Virus record (IMG/VR): IMGVR_UViG_3300013105_000843
Span: 65,557 to 129,556 of that record
Length of the DNA stretch: 64,000 bases
Source of the DNA: a virus
Lineage: Duplodnaviria > Caudoviricetes
Reading direction: 5' to 3' (one strand)
Shown: positions 27,117 to 36,318 of the stretch, in pieces
How positions within the stretch are numbered: the stretch's first letter is position 1
Layout: each line of letters opens with the position of its first letter
The notes under the pieces: model-generated
Databases searched by the model: none
What the model was told of the DNA's origin: nothing
What the model saw: the letters and a program-made list of their open reading frames with translations, nothing else
Position numbers and translations under genes: made by a program

Positions 27117-28244
27117 TCAGATGTCGTCGCTCTCGGCGGTCGCCGCCACAGCAGGCGTCGCGGCTGCCGCAGCCGACGCGCTGGCCACCGGCGCTACCTT
27201 GGCTTCGTAGCGCAGCACGGTCAGCGCCGGCAGCTCGGTATCCGCGCGCGGCACCGGCTTTACCTTTGCGTGGGCCTCGCCCGCCGCCTGAAAGCCCTTG
27301 ACGGTCGCGAGTTGCGCATCGCCCAGCACATACACAGTGTGGTCCTTGTACGCGTTCACGAGCGTGCGGGCGAAGATGGGCTGGCCGCCACCGAACATGA
27401 TGATGTTGTCGATGTCCGCACCATCGCCCGCGATGTTGCGCATGTAGTTCACGCTGCCTTCGATGGCCGGCTTCGCGTACCGGATGTGCTCGAGCAGGTC
27501 TTCGGTCTTGCCGTTGATTTTGATGCGCCGGCGCGCGATGGCCTTGTCCGCTGCCGTCAGGTTGTCGTACTTGACGCCAAACTTGTTCGACAGCGACTCA
27601 CAGATGGCGCGCAACACCTTCGACACGCCGCCCGGATGCGCGCTGCTGCGCGCGTCGTTGATTTTCTTGCCGTTGGTCAGCAGGAAATCGAACGTCAGAT
27701 AGCCCGGGTCGACCAGCAGGTTCGTCTCCTCGTCCAGGAACTCGAACTCGGGCCGCTGCTTCGCCTGCGACAGGCAGTAGTACAGCCCGCCCATCGGCTG
27801 CGGCAGCACCAGCACATCCTTCACCGTCACGGTCGTCGCGTCGTTGATTTTGTGCTCGCCCACGCACAGCGCCTTCAGGTCGTTCGCGCGATGAATCGTG
27901 GTGAGCGGCAGGCCGACGACCAGCAGGTCGATGACCGGCTCGCCGATGTAGTGCAGCGCGCCGTAGAAGACGGCCTTGTACTGGTCGCTGTAGATGTACG
28001 AATCGGAGAGGTTGCGCGTGCTGTCGTTGCTGTCGAGGTCCGCGCTGTCCGGGCCGACCTCGTAGAGCGTGCCTTCGACATTCACCACCACCGTATCGCG
28101 CTGGCCCAGCAGCGCATTCGACAGGTCGCGCCCCGTATGACGCGGGGCGAGTGACGGAAAGCTCAGAAACTCGAGCTTGCCGTCGACCAGACGGGCATAT
28201 TTGGCAAAACCGGAGCCAAGGTCGAGCGGGCGGACGACAGCCAT
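27117..28244 (-). CDS. parM: ParM/StbA-like actin-family ATPase (PRTRC-D-like)
   Basis: Phosphate-1 DLGSGFAK, LVVGLP, PQP.G, phosphate-2 VDPGYLTFD, adenosine FGGG. Confidence 0.85.
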   Translation of the reverse strand: MAVVRPLDLGSGFAKYARLVDGKLEFLSFPSLAPRHTGRDLSNALLGQRDTVVVNVEGTLYEVGPDSADLDSNDSTRNLSDSYIYSDQYKAVFYGALHYIGEPVIDLLVVGLPLTTIHRANDLKALCVGEHKINDATTVTVKDVLVLPQPMGGLYYCLSQAKQRPEFEFLDEETNLLVDPGYLTFDFLLTNGKKINDARSSAHPGGVSKVLRAICESLSNKFGVKYDNLTAADKAIARRRIKINGKTEDLLEHIRYAKPAIEGSVNYMRNIAGDGADIDNIIMFGGGQPIFARTLVNAYKDHTVYVLGDAQLATVKGFQAAGEAHAKVKPVPRADTELPALTVLRYEAKVAPVASASAAAAATPAVAATAESDDI

Positions 28245-28271
28245 AGGTCACCTCAAATTTTGGTAGCTTTT

Positions 28272-28300
28272 AGTATAGCATTTTGAGATTGTATTGGCAA
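28272..28300 (-). promoter_or_regulatory. Sigma70-like promoter of parM
   Basis: TTGCCA-17-TATACT on the minus strand. Confidence 0.65.
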
Positions 28301-28430
28301 GTTTCAGGTTAACTTAGGCAGGACTCGCGCATGACTTGCAGATGAGCGTAATTATGATATACGTCGACGCACCAGCTTAGCACGGGCGCGCGCGACAAGC
28401 AGGCGTAGCCCGCTGGCCGCGGCGCCATAC

Positions 28431-28985
28431 TCACGCCGCTACCGCCTGCTCCGGGGTCGTTTCCGCTGCTGGCAGTTGCGTGGCCCAGTCCCGGTGCATC
28501 CGCGCGTGAAATACGGTGAGCGCGGGCGGCGTGTAATACCAAAACTCATCGAGCACGATGAATTGCGCCCGCACAAACCGGGTGAGACGCCGCGCAAGCT
28601 TGCGACCAATCAGGGTTTCGAGCTGCGCCTTCGGCCAGCCGAGCACCCGCGGACTGGATGCAGCAAACACTCCGTCGCCCGCGCCCATCGTCGGGCCGCG
28701 CGCCACCAGTGTCGCCAGCCGGTTCAGTTCCGCGCCAGAGTAGCCGGCCCGGTACAGCCGGCGGCGCAGCTTCGTCCTCGAGAGCCTCGCGGGCGGCCGC
28801 TGCCGCGTCGACGTCGGTGTGCACGGCGGACTGACGCACTCGGTCACGCGATAGAAGGCGTCGGGATGCGTGTCGCGCGTCGGCGGCACGTCCGTCGCAT
28901 CGTTCATCCAGGCATCGTGGTCGTAGTCGGGTTTCCAGCTCACGCGTACCACCTGGTCGCGCGGCATGATGCGTTTGTGGCTCAT
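28431..28985 (-). CDS. Hypothetical protein
   Basis: 184-aa ORF with GAGGA RBS. Confidence 0.55.
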   Translation of the reverse strand: MSHKRIMPRDQVVRVSWKPDYDHDAWMNDATDVPPTRDTHPDAFYRVTECVSPPCTPTSTRQRPPARLSRTKLRRRLYRAGYSGAELNRLATLVARGPTMGAGDGVFAASSPRVLGWPKAQLETLIGRKLARRLTRFVRAQFIVLDEFWYYTPPALTVFHARMHRDWATQLPAAETTPEQAVAA

Positions 28986-29006
28986 GGTGATGTGTCCTCG
29001 ATGGGG

Positions 29007-29522
29007 TCAACTCTGTTCGATGCCGTACAGCCGCTGGCACCCTGCGCGGGCGCGCGTTTCCTCGGCCGCCTGCCGCAGGTACTCCTGCTCGCTGGCCCAG
29101 GAAAACATCGCGTCGGACTCGCCGGAGGTGAAGCGCCGGTTCGCCGCGCGCACCTGGTCGCGATAAGCGACGAGCCCCGGTGTTTTCTCGCAAAGCTCCG
29201 CCAGCTCCAGGCATTCGCTTTCTGCGAGCCAGTCATAGTCCTCGGCGACCAGGTGCAGCAGCGAGATGAGTGGGCGCACGAATGCGAGCCAAAAAACGAC
29301 CGCGCCCAGCAAACCGCAGGCAGAGGAATGCACCACCAGCATGACCCAGTTTAGGGGGCAGACGGGCGCATGCCCCCGACTCAGCCCCCGGCCGGCTGCC
29401 CAGGCAGCCGCGGCAAAGCCCGCGAGCACGAGCATCCCGCGAACCAGGCCGCCAATACGGCGACGCCGGTTGATGACTGCCTCGTCGAGCAGGCGCATCG
29501 AAAATTCAGCGGTTTGTTCCAT
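29007..29522 (-). CDS. Hypothetical two-TM protein
   Basis: GAGG RBS, two hydrophobic helices. Confidence 0.6.
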   Translation of the reverse strand: MEQTAEFSMRLLDEAVINRRRRIGGLVRGMLVLAGFAAAAWAAGRGLSRGHAPVCPLNWVMLVVHSSACGLLGAVVFWLAFVRPLISLLHLVAEDYDWLAESECLELAELCEKTPGLVAYRDQVRAANRRFTSGESDAMFSWASEQEYLRQAAEETRARAGCQRLYGIEQS

Positions 29523-29545
29523 AGGATTCCTCTCAATTTTTCAGT

Positions 29546-30718
29546 TCAACAGGTCGGCAGGTACTCGCCCGTCACCGGGTCCTTCCGCTCACCGAGGCCG
29601 ACCTCCCCGACCGGCAGGACCGCGCCGCCTGACGCCTGCCGTGGCTGGCCGGGGCCCGCGCCGAGATGCGTGCGCGCAAGCTCCGTCACGATGCGCCCGC
29701 GAGGCGTGCGCTGCAGGAAGCCCTGCTGAATCAGGAATGGTTCGACCGCATCCTCCAGCGTGTCGCGCGCTTCGCTGAGGGCCGCGGCCAACGTGTCGAT
29801 GCCCACCGGGCCTCCGTCATAGAACTCGACCATCGCCTGCAGCAGGCGCCGGTCCAGGGCATCGAGCCCCCGCGCGTCGACACCGAGCATCGCAAGTGCG
29901 GCGGCCGCGTCGTCGACGCTCACTTCCACCGCGCTGCCACCACGCACCTGCGCATAATCACGCACGCGCCGCAGCAGCCGGTTCGCAATGCGTGGCGTGC
30001 CGCGAGAGCGCCGCGCCACCTCCAGCGCCGCATACGGCGTCATCACCACACCGAGCAACCCCGCCGAGCGCGCGACAATCCGTGCCAGCTCGTCGTCGCT
30101 GTAAAACTCCAGCCGGCCGGTAATGCCGAAACGGTCGCGCAGCGGCGCCGACAGGCTGCCCGCGCGCGTGGTGGCGCCCACGAGGGTGAACGGCTCGAGC
30201 GGCACACTCACCGACCGGGCCTGCTCCCCTTCACCGACCAGGATGTCGAGCCGGCAGTCTTCCATCGCCGAATACAGCACCTCTTCAACGACGGAGGGCA
30301 GCCGGTGAATCTCGTCAATGAACAGCACGTCTCCCCGCCCCAGGCCCGTGAGCAGCGCCGCGAGGTCGCCCGCGCGCTCGAGCACGGGGCCCGAGGTCGT
30401 GCGCAGGTTCGCGCCCAGCTCGACCGCGATGATTTGCGCAAGCGTCGTTTTGCCCAGGCCCGGCGGCCCGAACAACAGGACGTGGTCGAGCGCCTCGCCG
30501 CGACCTTTCGCGGCCTCGAGAAAAATCGTCAGCTGGTCGCGCAGTGCAGCCTGTCCGACATAGTCGGCGAGCCGGCGCGGCCGCAGCGCGCGCTCGGCTC
30601 GCCCCTCATCGGATGACGCCTGTGCGCTCGTGAGCGGTGACGGCTCATTTGCATCGGCGGGTACGGGTTTGGCACCCTGCTTGGCGCGCGCCGGCGCGCG
30701 CTTGCCGTGAGACGACAT
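29546..30718 (-). CDS. ruvB: Holliday junction branch-migration helicase RuvB
   Basis: [56 protein letters not shown]. Confidence 0.95.
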   Translation of the reverse strand: MSSHGKRAPARAKQGAKPVPADANEPSPLTSAQASSDEGRAERALRPRRLADYVGQAALRDQLTIFLEAAKGRGEALDHVLLFGPPGLGKTTLAQIIAVELGANLRTTSGPVLERAGDLAALLTGLGRGDVLFIDEIHRLPSVVEEVLYSAMEDCRLDILVGEGEQARSVSVPLEPFTLVGATTRAGSLSAPLRDRFGITGRLEFYSDDELARIVARSAGLLGVVMTPYAALEVARRSRGTPRIANRLLRRVRDYAQVRGGSAVEVSVDDAAAALAMLGVDARGLDALDRRLLQAMVEFYDGGPVGIDTLAAALSEARDTLEDAVEPFLIQQGFLQRTPRGRIVTELARTHLGAGPGQPRQASGGAVLPVGEVGLGERKDPVTGEYLPTC

Positions 30719-30847
30719 GGAAGTGTCCGGAATATGGAAGAATTACCGGTATAGAATGCCGTTTAAATACTGTTTTGTCAAGTTGGAGTTGACTCGGTCG
30801 GCGTGCTATGGCAGAATTCGACATCTGCCCAAAGTTAACCTGAAACC

Positions 30848-31105
30848 ATGCAAGAGCAGGGGCCTGTTTGCGGCCTGTGTGGCGCCAGCGCACGCGAGGT
30901 CGACCGCCTCGTGCAGCTGGGCCAGATGGGTCATATCTGTTTGTGTTGTCTCGAGCAGGTGGCGGTCGAAGTTCTGCCGCAGCCGGGGGTCGGTGCGCCG
31001 CGCGCCCATGGGGCGCTCGGCAGCGTTGCGCGAGCTGAAGAGGAGCGCGAACCGGACAGCCTGCCCGGCACTGTCATCCGGTTGTGGCCTCGCCCGACCC
31101 GCTAA
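30848..31105 (+). CDS. Stand-alone ClpX C4-type zinc-finger-like protein
   Basis: CGLCG..AREVDRLV.....ICLCC follows the ClpX N-domain pattern CSFCG..EV.KLI....ICDEC. Confidence 0.6.
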   Translation: MQEQGPVCGLCGASAREVDRLVQLGQMGHICLCCLEQVAVEVLPQPGVGAPRAHGALGSVARAEEEREPDSLPGTVIRLWPRPTR

Positions 31106-31117
31106 CGCGCGGCGCTG

Positions 31118-31603
31118 TTATAGGCCCTTGGCGCGTTTAAACCAGTCCATGCCTCGCTGGTCGGTCCAGTAGTTGAGACAGGCATCCGGGAGCATGCGCC
31201 CCCACACCACATCGGCCATGTCTGGCTGGCGGACATAGGCCTTGGATTGGGCCGGGTCTATGCTGACTCCGTCCTTCGTCACGATGACCACAAAAAAATC
31301 TGAGTAGCCCATATAGCCACCCAGACTGTTTCGTGCGTCCACTTCGCCACACGCATACTGTCCAGGGAAGACCTTGACGTTGCGGTATCGAGCCGACCCA
31401 GGGTCCTTCAGCGCGCGGTCGGCCACTGTCTCAATGGCCGCAAGCTGTTCGCGCTCCCACTTGGCGTCGTCGGCACCGGCCGCCGCGGCCCGCGAGGCCG
31501 GCGCCGCGTCTTCCCGAGCACGAGGTCCATTGTGCAGGTACAGTAGCGCGAGCCCGATTGCGCAAGCGCCTACTACTACGCATACTTTCGCGGCAGTCGT
31601 CAT
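31118..31603 (-). CDS. Exported protein with an LKDP.SA...CGEV.A.N..GGY.G motif
   Basis: N-terminal TM helix plus a motif common in phage/plasmid hypothetical proteins. Confidence 0.65.
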   Translation of the reverse strand: MTTAAKVCVVVGACAIGLALLYLHNGPRAREDAAPASRAAAAGADDAKWEREQLAAIETVADRALKDPGSARYRNVKVFPGQYACGEVDARNSLGGYMGYSDFFVVIVTKDGVSIDPAQSKAYVRQPDMADVVWGRMLPDACLNYWTDQRGMDWFKRAKGL

Positions 31604-31658
31604 GTTGGTTTTCAACTCCCCTCCGCAATCGACCGCCGCCGTGCGCGGTGCCGCCGAG

Positions 31659-32303
31659 TTACAGCGTCACCAGCCGGCGCGACAGCGCGTAGCGCATGAT
31701 GTCCATGCTCGTGCCGAGATTCAGCTTCTTGAGGATACGCGCACGGTACGTCGAAATCGTGTTGACGTTGATGGAGAGCGCGTTGGCCACCTGGCCGGGC
31801 GTCTTGCCTTGAGCGATAAGCAGCATGACCTCGTACTCGCGGGTCGACAACGATTCATGCGGCAGCTGGCCGCCCGCCAATGTCGCCGCCAACTCCTCGG
31901 CAAAGCTGGGGCTGACAAAGCGCCCGCCGTCCGCCAGCTTTCGAGCCGCCGTCTGGAATTCTTCCGCCGAGGCGCCCTTGTTGAGAAAGCCATTGCCGCC
32001 GAGCTTGAACACGCGCGCAGCGGCCGCCGCATCGGGCAGCACACTGTGCACGAGCACAGGCTGGTTGAGGCCGTTATCCCGCAACCAGGACAACAGGTCG
32101 AAGCCCGACCCGTCCGGAAGATTCAGGTCAAGCACGGCCATCGACCAGTCAAGCATCAGCATTTCGCTGCGCGCTTCCGCCAGCGTGCCAAACTGCCCGA
32201 CGACGTCCCAGCCCATCTCCCGCAACAGTTCCCCCATGCCGCGCCGCAAGGCAGGATGGTCGTCGACCAGGACCACACTCTGCATTTTTGCCCGCGGAGG
32301 CAT
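31659..32303 (-). CDS. NarL/UvrY-family response regulator
   Basis: VDDH, LDLNLP..SG, GFLNK, LSTREYEV HTH, TYRARILKKL. Confidence 0.9.
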   Translation of the reverse strand: MPPRAKMQSVVLVDDHPALRRGMGELLREMGWDVVGQFGTLAEARSEMLMLDWSMAVLDLNLPDGSGFDLLSWLRDNGLNQPVLVHSVLPDAAAAARVFKLGGNGFLNKGASAEEFQTAARKLADGGRFVSPSFAEELAATLAGGQLPHESLSTREYEVMLLIAQGKTPGQVANALSINVNTISTYRARILKKLNLGTSMDIMRYALSRRLVTL

Positions 32304-33018
32304 AGCTGTATGTGTTTTTTGGTTAAGTGCGAAGTTCAACATACGGAGACTCATCCACATAGACCGCCGCAGGTCCTGCAGCAGCGCTGGCTAGAAAACA
32401 AAACTCGATGTGTGTATCGTAACCCTCCCTCCGCTGCGAAATCCTACTTGCGATTTCGCTTGAAAATCCATGTTATACTGGAGGGTTATTTATCGACAGA
32501 CCAAAAAGAGCCTGTCGTAGCCAATGCGGCTCGGCCCGGTCGTCGTCAGGATAGCATCACCGCCGCATGGAGCGACGAGAAGGCGTGCGCGAACATGCGC
32601 ACGTCAGCGAGGAGAGGTTGAAGCTGGGATGGGAGGATGAGCGGGTGCTACGTGCTGAGCCTAAAGCAGGACGCCTAGCGTGTTCCGGCTATCGGGGCGC
32701 CTGACATGCTGAAGTCATCAGAGGCCCGTCCAAGCGCAAGCGTGCGAACGCGCTCCCGTAATTCGAAGTACGCCTTATACGCTGCGACTATGTACGCTCG
32801 ATGGGCCAGTGCGTCCGTGCTACCAAAACGACATCGAACTGAGAAACTCCAGAGCCGGAGCCGTCCCGGCGTGTCCGTTCCGAAGGCATTCCGCTTGACC
32901 GCCTGAATACGCTTTTTCGCATCAAGCAGCTCGGCTATCTCTGATTGGCTGGCAAGCAAAACCCATCCACCCTGGTCGGATGAGTCTTCGCACTTTTCAA
33001 CTTGGGGAAGCACTCGAA

Positions 33019-34023
33019 CTATTCCTTTTGGCGCGATGCAATGACACGCGCATTCATCATGGAGAACCACCGCTTCGGGTAGAGCGCTACCAGTAACATA
33101 TGCAAGTATCCACCGGGTAGTGGCGTCGCCGCAATGGGCGGCTGGTAATCGGTGTGGCCTTCGTGATGCCAGGTGTGATACCCGTTGTTGACGAACATCC
33201 GATTCGATAGCCAGAAGTCAACGTCCCAGGCAATCTGCCTCAATCGATTTTCCGGAGTCGCTTCGAGACCATAATGCTGCAGGTAGCCAATCCCTTCGAC
33301 GAGCACCACGCAGGTCACCGCGGCACCCAGAAAGAAAATCAACCCGCCCGGCCCCGCCGCAACGAACACGAAAATCGCCAGCATCAGCATTCCGCAGACA
33401 GGCCGAACTACGCGATTTTCCCAGGGATTATCGGTCCGGGCAGCTTCGTGTTCTGAGGCGCTACGTGCGGCTGCCCAAAACGACTGACCCACATGTCGCC
33501 AGAGAGACAGGCCCAGATGGGCGGTCGAGCCGAAGGCCGGATTGCCAACATGGGCGTGGTGCAGCAAATGTACAACGCGATAGTGAGGATACCCGGCGAC
33601 AACAAATGCCAGCTCCGCCAATGCCTGACAGGTGCGATTCGTCCGGTGCATAAGCTCATGGCTGTGCGACATCGACATGCCTCCGAGCACCCCTGATGCA
33701 ACGGAGAGGCCGAGCAATTCTGCCCAACGAGCGTCTCGCGCGCGCAGGACCGCACACCCGACCGCCGCCAGCCAGGCCATGATGAACAGCGATGAGCACA
33801 CAGCTGAATTCGCCCGCGCGCGCTGCTTCACACCTCGGTCCGACTCGCGCCCAATCAGCGCGTCAAGTACGGGAAAGGCGACAACGACGCTGCCGGCAAA
33901 GAGCCATGGCTGATGTAGGTAGAAGGCCGTCCAGGCACCAAGGGGCAACACCAGCGAAAGCCATTGCCCCTCACGCAGCGAGTTACCAAAATCCGCGCTC
34001 GGCCGCGAAGCGAACGGCCCCAC
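33019..34023 (-). CDS. AlkB-like membrane di-iron monooxygenase / fatty acid desaturase (start uncertain)
   Basis: HELMH, H..HHAHV, GYLQHYG and HTWHH histidine boxes; TM helices. Confidence 0.8.
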   Translation of the reverse strand: MGPFASRPSADFGNSLREGQWLSLVLPLGAWTAFYLHQPWLFAGSVVVAFPVLDALIGRESDRGVKQRARANSAVCSSLFIMAWLAAVGCAVLRARDARWAELLGLSVASGVLGGMSMSHSHELMHRTNRTCQALAELAFVVAGYPHYRVVHLLHHAHVGNPAFGSTAHLGLSLWRHVGQSFWAAARSASEHEAARTDNPWENRVVRPVCGMLMLAIFVFVAAGPGGLIFFLGAAVTCVVLVEGIGYLQHYGLEATPENRLRQIAWDVDFWLSNRMFVNNGYHTWHHEGHTDYQPPIAATPLPGGYLHMLLVALYPKRWFSMMNARVIASRQKE

Positions 34024-34711
34024 TGATATGTTTTTCGCCAATTTTGTTCGTGATTTTCTTGAAGTGTGAATAGACCATCGACGGGGATTGATGCAGTTCC
34101 GTTGCAATCTGCTGCGCCGTAAACCCGTCCCGTACAAATTCGAGCACCTTCAGGTCGGTGGCGTCGAGGTTGAACGCACGAATGGACTCATCTTTCAGTC
34201 GTGCTGAAGACCAGTCGAGCAGTTCACTGGCCAGGGACCGCAGCAAAAAGCGGTTGCGCGAGAATGTCTTCTCCCCCTCAGACCGCTCCTGGTCGGAGCC
34301 AATGTAAAGCAAACCAATCCTGCCTTTTCCGCTTCCGTGCGCCGGAACGATGTATATGCTGCGAAAGCCGTAGGTTGCTGCAGCGTCCATGATTTCCCGC
34401 TGGCCGGCCGTGCGCAGAACCATGTCACCACCCACGATGGGGGCCGTATTGGTCAGTGCATACTCAAGAAACGGGTCAATCGTGTACCACCTGTGCGCGT
34501 TGTAAACCTGGCACCACTGGGGCAGACATCCAATCAGAAATCTGAACGTCACTCGCTCGAGCGACTGGTCTCGTGGATGAAGAGAGGAAAAGACAAACCA
34601 CTGCCCGCCGCAGGCATTCACCACCTGTCGAGCGTACTGCAGCACCTCGGTCTCATCCGAGGAATCCATAATGTTGCGCAAATTTGCTTCTACACTTTCA
34701 GCGTCCATCAT
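33983..34711 (-). CDS. LuxR-family autoinducer-binding regulator (LuxR solo)
   Basis: W..VY.....IDP ligand motif plus C-terminal HTH; no luxI in the window. Confidence 0.85.
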   Translation of the reverse strand: MMDAESVEANLRNIMDSSDETEVLQYARQVVNACGGQWFVFSSLHPRDQSLERVTFRFLIGCLPQWCQVYNAHRWYTIDPFLEYALTNTAPIVGGDMVLRTAGQREIMDAAATYGFRSIYIVPAHGSGKGRIGLLYIGSDQERSEGEKTFSRNRFLLRSLASELLDWSSARLKDESIRAFNLDATDLKVLEFVRDGFTAQQIATELHQSPSMVYSHFKKITNKIGEKHISGAVRFAAERGFW

Positions 34712-34733
34712 TACCTTCCCCCTCCAATATCCC

Positions 34734-35003
34734 CTAGACAAATTCTATCGACGCCTTTTCTCTGACTTCGTTATAAAGCGGTTGAAGATATGACCGGTGT
34801 TCATCGGCTCTAATAAACTCATCAAGGCCGTGAAGGTCATCACGCGACAGCAGCGGAAGAACCTGAACAAGCATCCGGCCATCCCCTTGTCCTAACGAAC
34901 GCTCCAGGAGCAAACCGCTTTTGGCCCGGAACAGGTGTAGGGCCAACTTCTCAAGGCCAACCGTAATGGTCCGCTCGTAAAGCAACTGCTTGGTTGGCTG
35001 CAT
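34734..35003 (-). CDS. Hypothetical protein
   Basis: ORF within the island operon, with RBS. Confidence 0.55.
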   Translation of the reverse strand: MQPTKQLLYERTITVGLEKLALHLFRAKSGLLLERSLGQGDGRMLVQVLPLLSRDDLHGLDEFIRADEHRSYLQPLYNEVREKASIEFV

Positions 35004-35050
35004 GGCCCTATCCCCCTTCTTGTTCATACTCGGAACATTGAACTGCCTCT

Positions 35051-35311
35051 TCAATAGAGGTCGCCGCTCCCGTCAGGCTGCTCGGGCAGATAACCGCATT
35101 TGCTGCAGGCCTGAGGCTGGCTATCCATCTTGGTGACACTGGTGATTACGTTGTCTTCTGCGCATTTCTGGCATTCAAAGAAGCGCATAAAAAACGCCTT
35201 GCGACAATACTGACAACGCATCTCGTGCACGACGTTTTCATCGAGCAACTCCCAGCCATCCGCCGCAGGCGTAGAGCAGTGAGGGCATTGAAAAGTGAGA
35301 CTCACAATCAC
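35051..35311 (-). CDS. Small multi-CxxC zinc-binding protein
   Basis: Four CxxC pairs. Confidence 0.65.
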   Translation of the reverse strand: MIVSLTFQCPHCSTPAADGWELLDENVVHEMRCQYCRKAFFMRFFECQKCAEDNVITSVTKMDSQPQACSKCGYLPEQPDGSGDLY

Positions 35312-35323
35312 AACTCCAGAACG

Positions 35324-36085
35324 TTAAAAGCGATACCCGACGCCAACAAAGGCAATCAACGGGTCAGCTTTGATGTGCATTTTATTTGAAAGCGTCACAG
35401 TACCATCCGCCGCCACCGAATTGATAGTCGCATTCGTCTTGAGCGGGATATACATCAACATGCCGTTCGCATACCAGTGCTGTGCAATTTTATAGGTAAA
35501 ACCAGCCGAAACGACGGGATTCCATGAATTGCTGAGAGACGACTCGACGCTTCCGCCCGGGCCAGCAAACGATTGCGCGGCGCTATTAAAAGTCGAGTTA
35601 ATCTTTATATTCGTATACCACGTATAATTCACGCCGACGCCGACATATGGGCGGAAATTGGCGTCAGCCCGCATGAAGTAGTATTTCAATTGTACGGTGG
35701 CCGGCCAGGCACTGGCACTCGCGAGCGGACGAAGCGCGCCGAGCGGCAACTGAGGACCGGCCGAGCCGAGCGGCGCAGCATTGCCGTGCGCATAAACGTT
35801 CAGGGTCGGCGGGTAGGCAAGCACGAGTTCCGCTGCGATATGGTCCGTCACGAAAGCGTCGAGCAGCAGGCCCGCGGTGAATGCGTTATGGATTTCGGCG
35901 CTCGTCCCGGGTGACGTAAACGTGCCGAACTGCGACGAGCTGACCAATTGGCCCGAAGAGGAATTAGAAAAATTCATCCAGGCGCCACCGACGGTTGCGA
36001 CAACATCACCTGCGGTTTGGGCAGCCGCAACACGGTATGCTCCCACGAATAGCACAAACAATAAGGCACGGAATTTCACGGACAT
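35324..36085 (-). CDS. OmpW/AlkL-family outer-membrane beta-barrel
   Basis: Signal peptide, TDHIAAEL, RPYVGVGVNYT, DP....VGYRF (C-terminal Phe). Confidence 0.9.
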   Translation of the reverse strand: MSVKFRALLFVLFVGAYRVAAAQTAGDVVATVGGAWMNFSNSSSGQLVSSSQFGTFTSPGTSAEIHNAFTAGLLLDAFVTDHIAAELVLAYPPTLNVYAHGNAAPLGSAGPQLPLGALRPLASASAWPATVQLKYYFMRADANFRPYVGVGVNYTWYTNIKINSTFNSAAQSFAGPGGSVESSLSNSWNPVVSAGFTYKIAQHWYANGMLMYIPLKTNATINSVAADGTVTLSNKMHIKADPLIAFVGVGYRF

Positions 36086-36318
36086 TTCTCGCTACACCAA
36101 TTAGGAAAAAATGGTGCTCCAGCCCCTTGCTCGGGCCGCGCGCACCGGCTTGCTAACACCAAGCAATCCTTCCTATATGGAAGGATTGAACATACCATAG
36201 GAATGTAATAAATTGTTAAATGACCTGCGAACCGAGCGCCAATTTCAGTGAGACGCGACACGCTGGACGGTGCGGGCGGCAGGTCAATCTTTCCTTGCCG
36301 CGACCGTCTTTGGTCACA

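Noticed and set aside
32675-33070. 131-aa ORF downstream of the AlkB-like gene
   Set aside because: No clear start, RBS or motif; may be a remnant, so not called.
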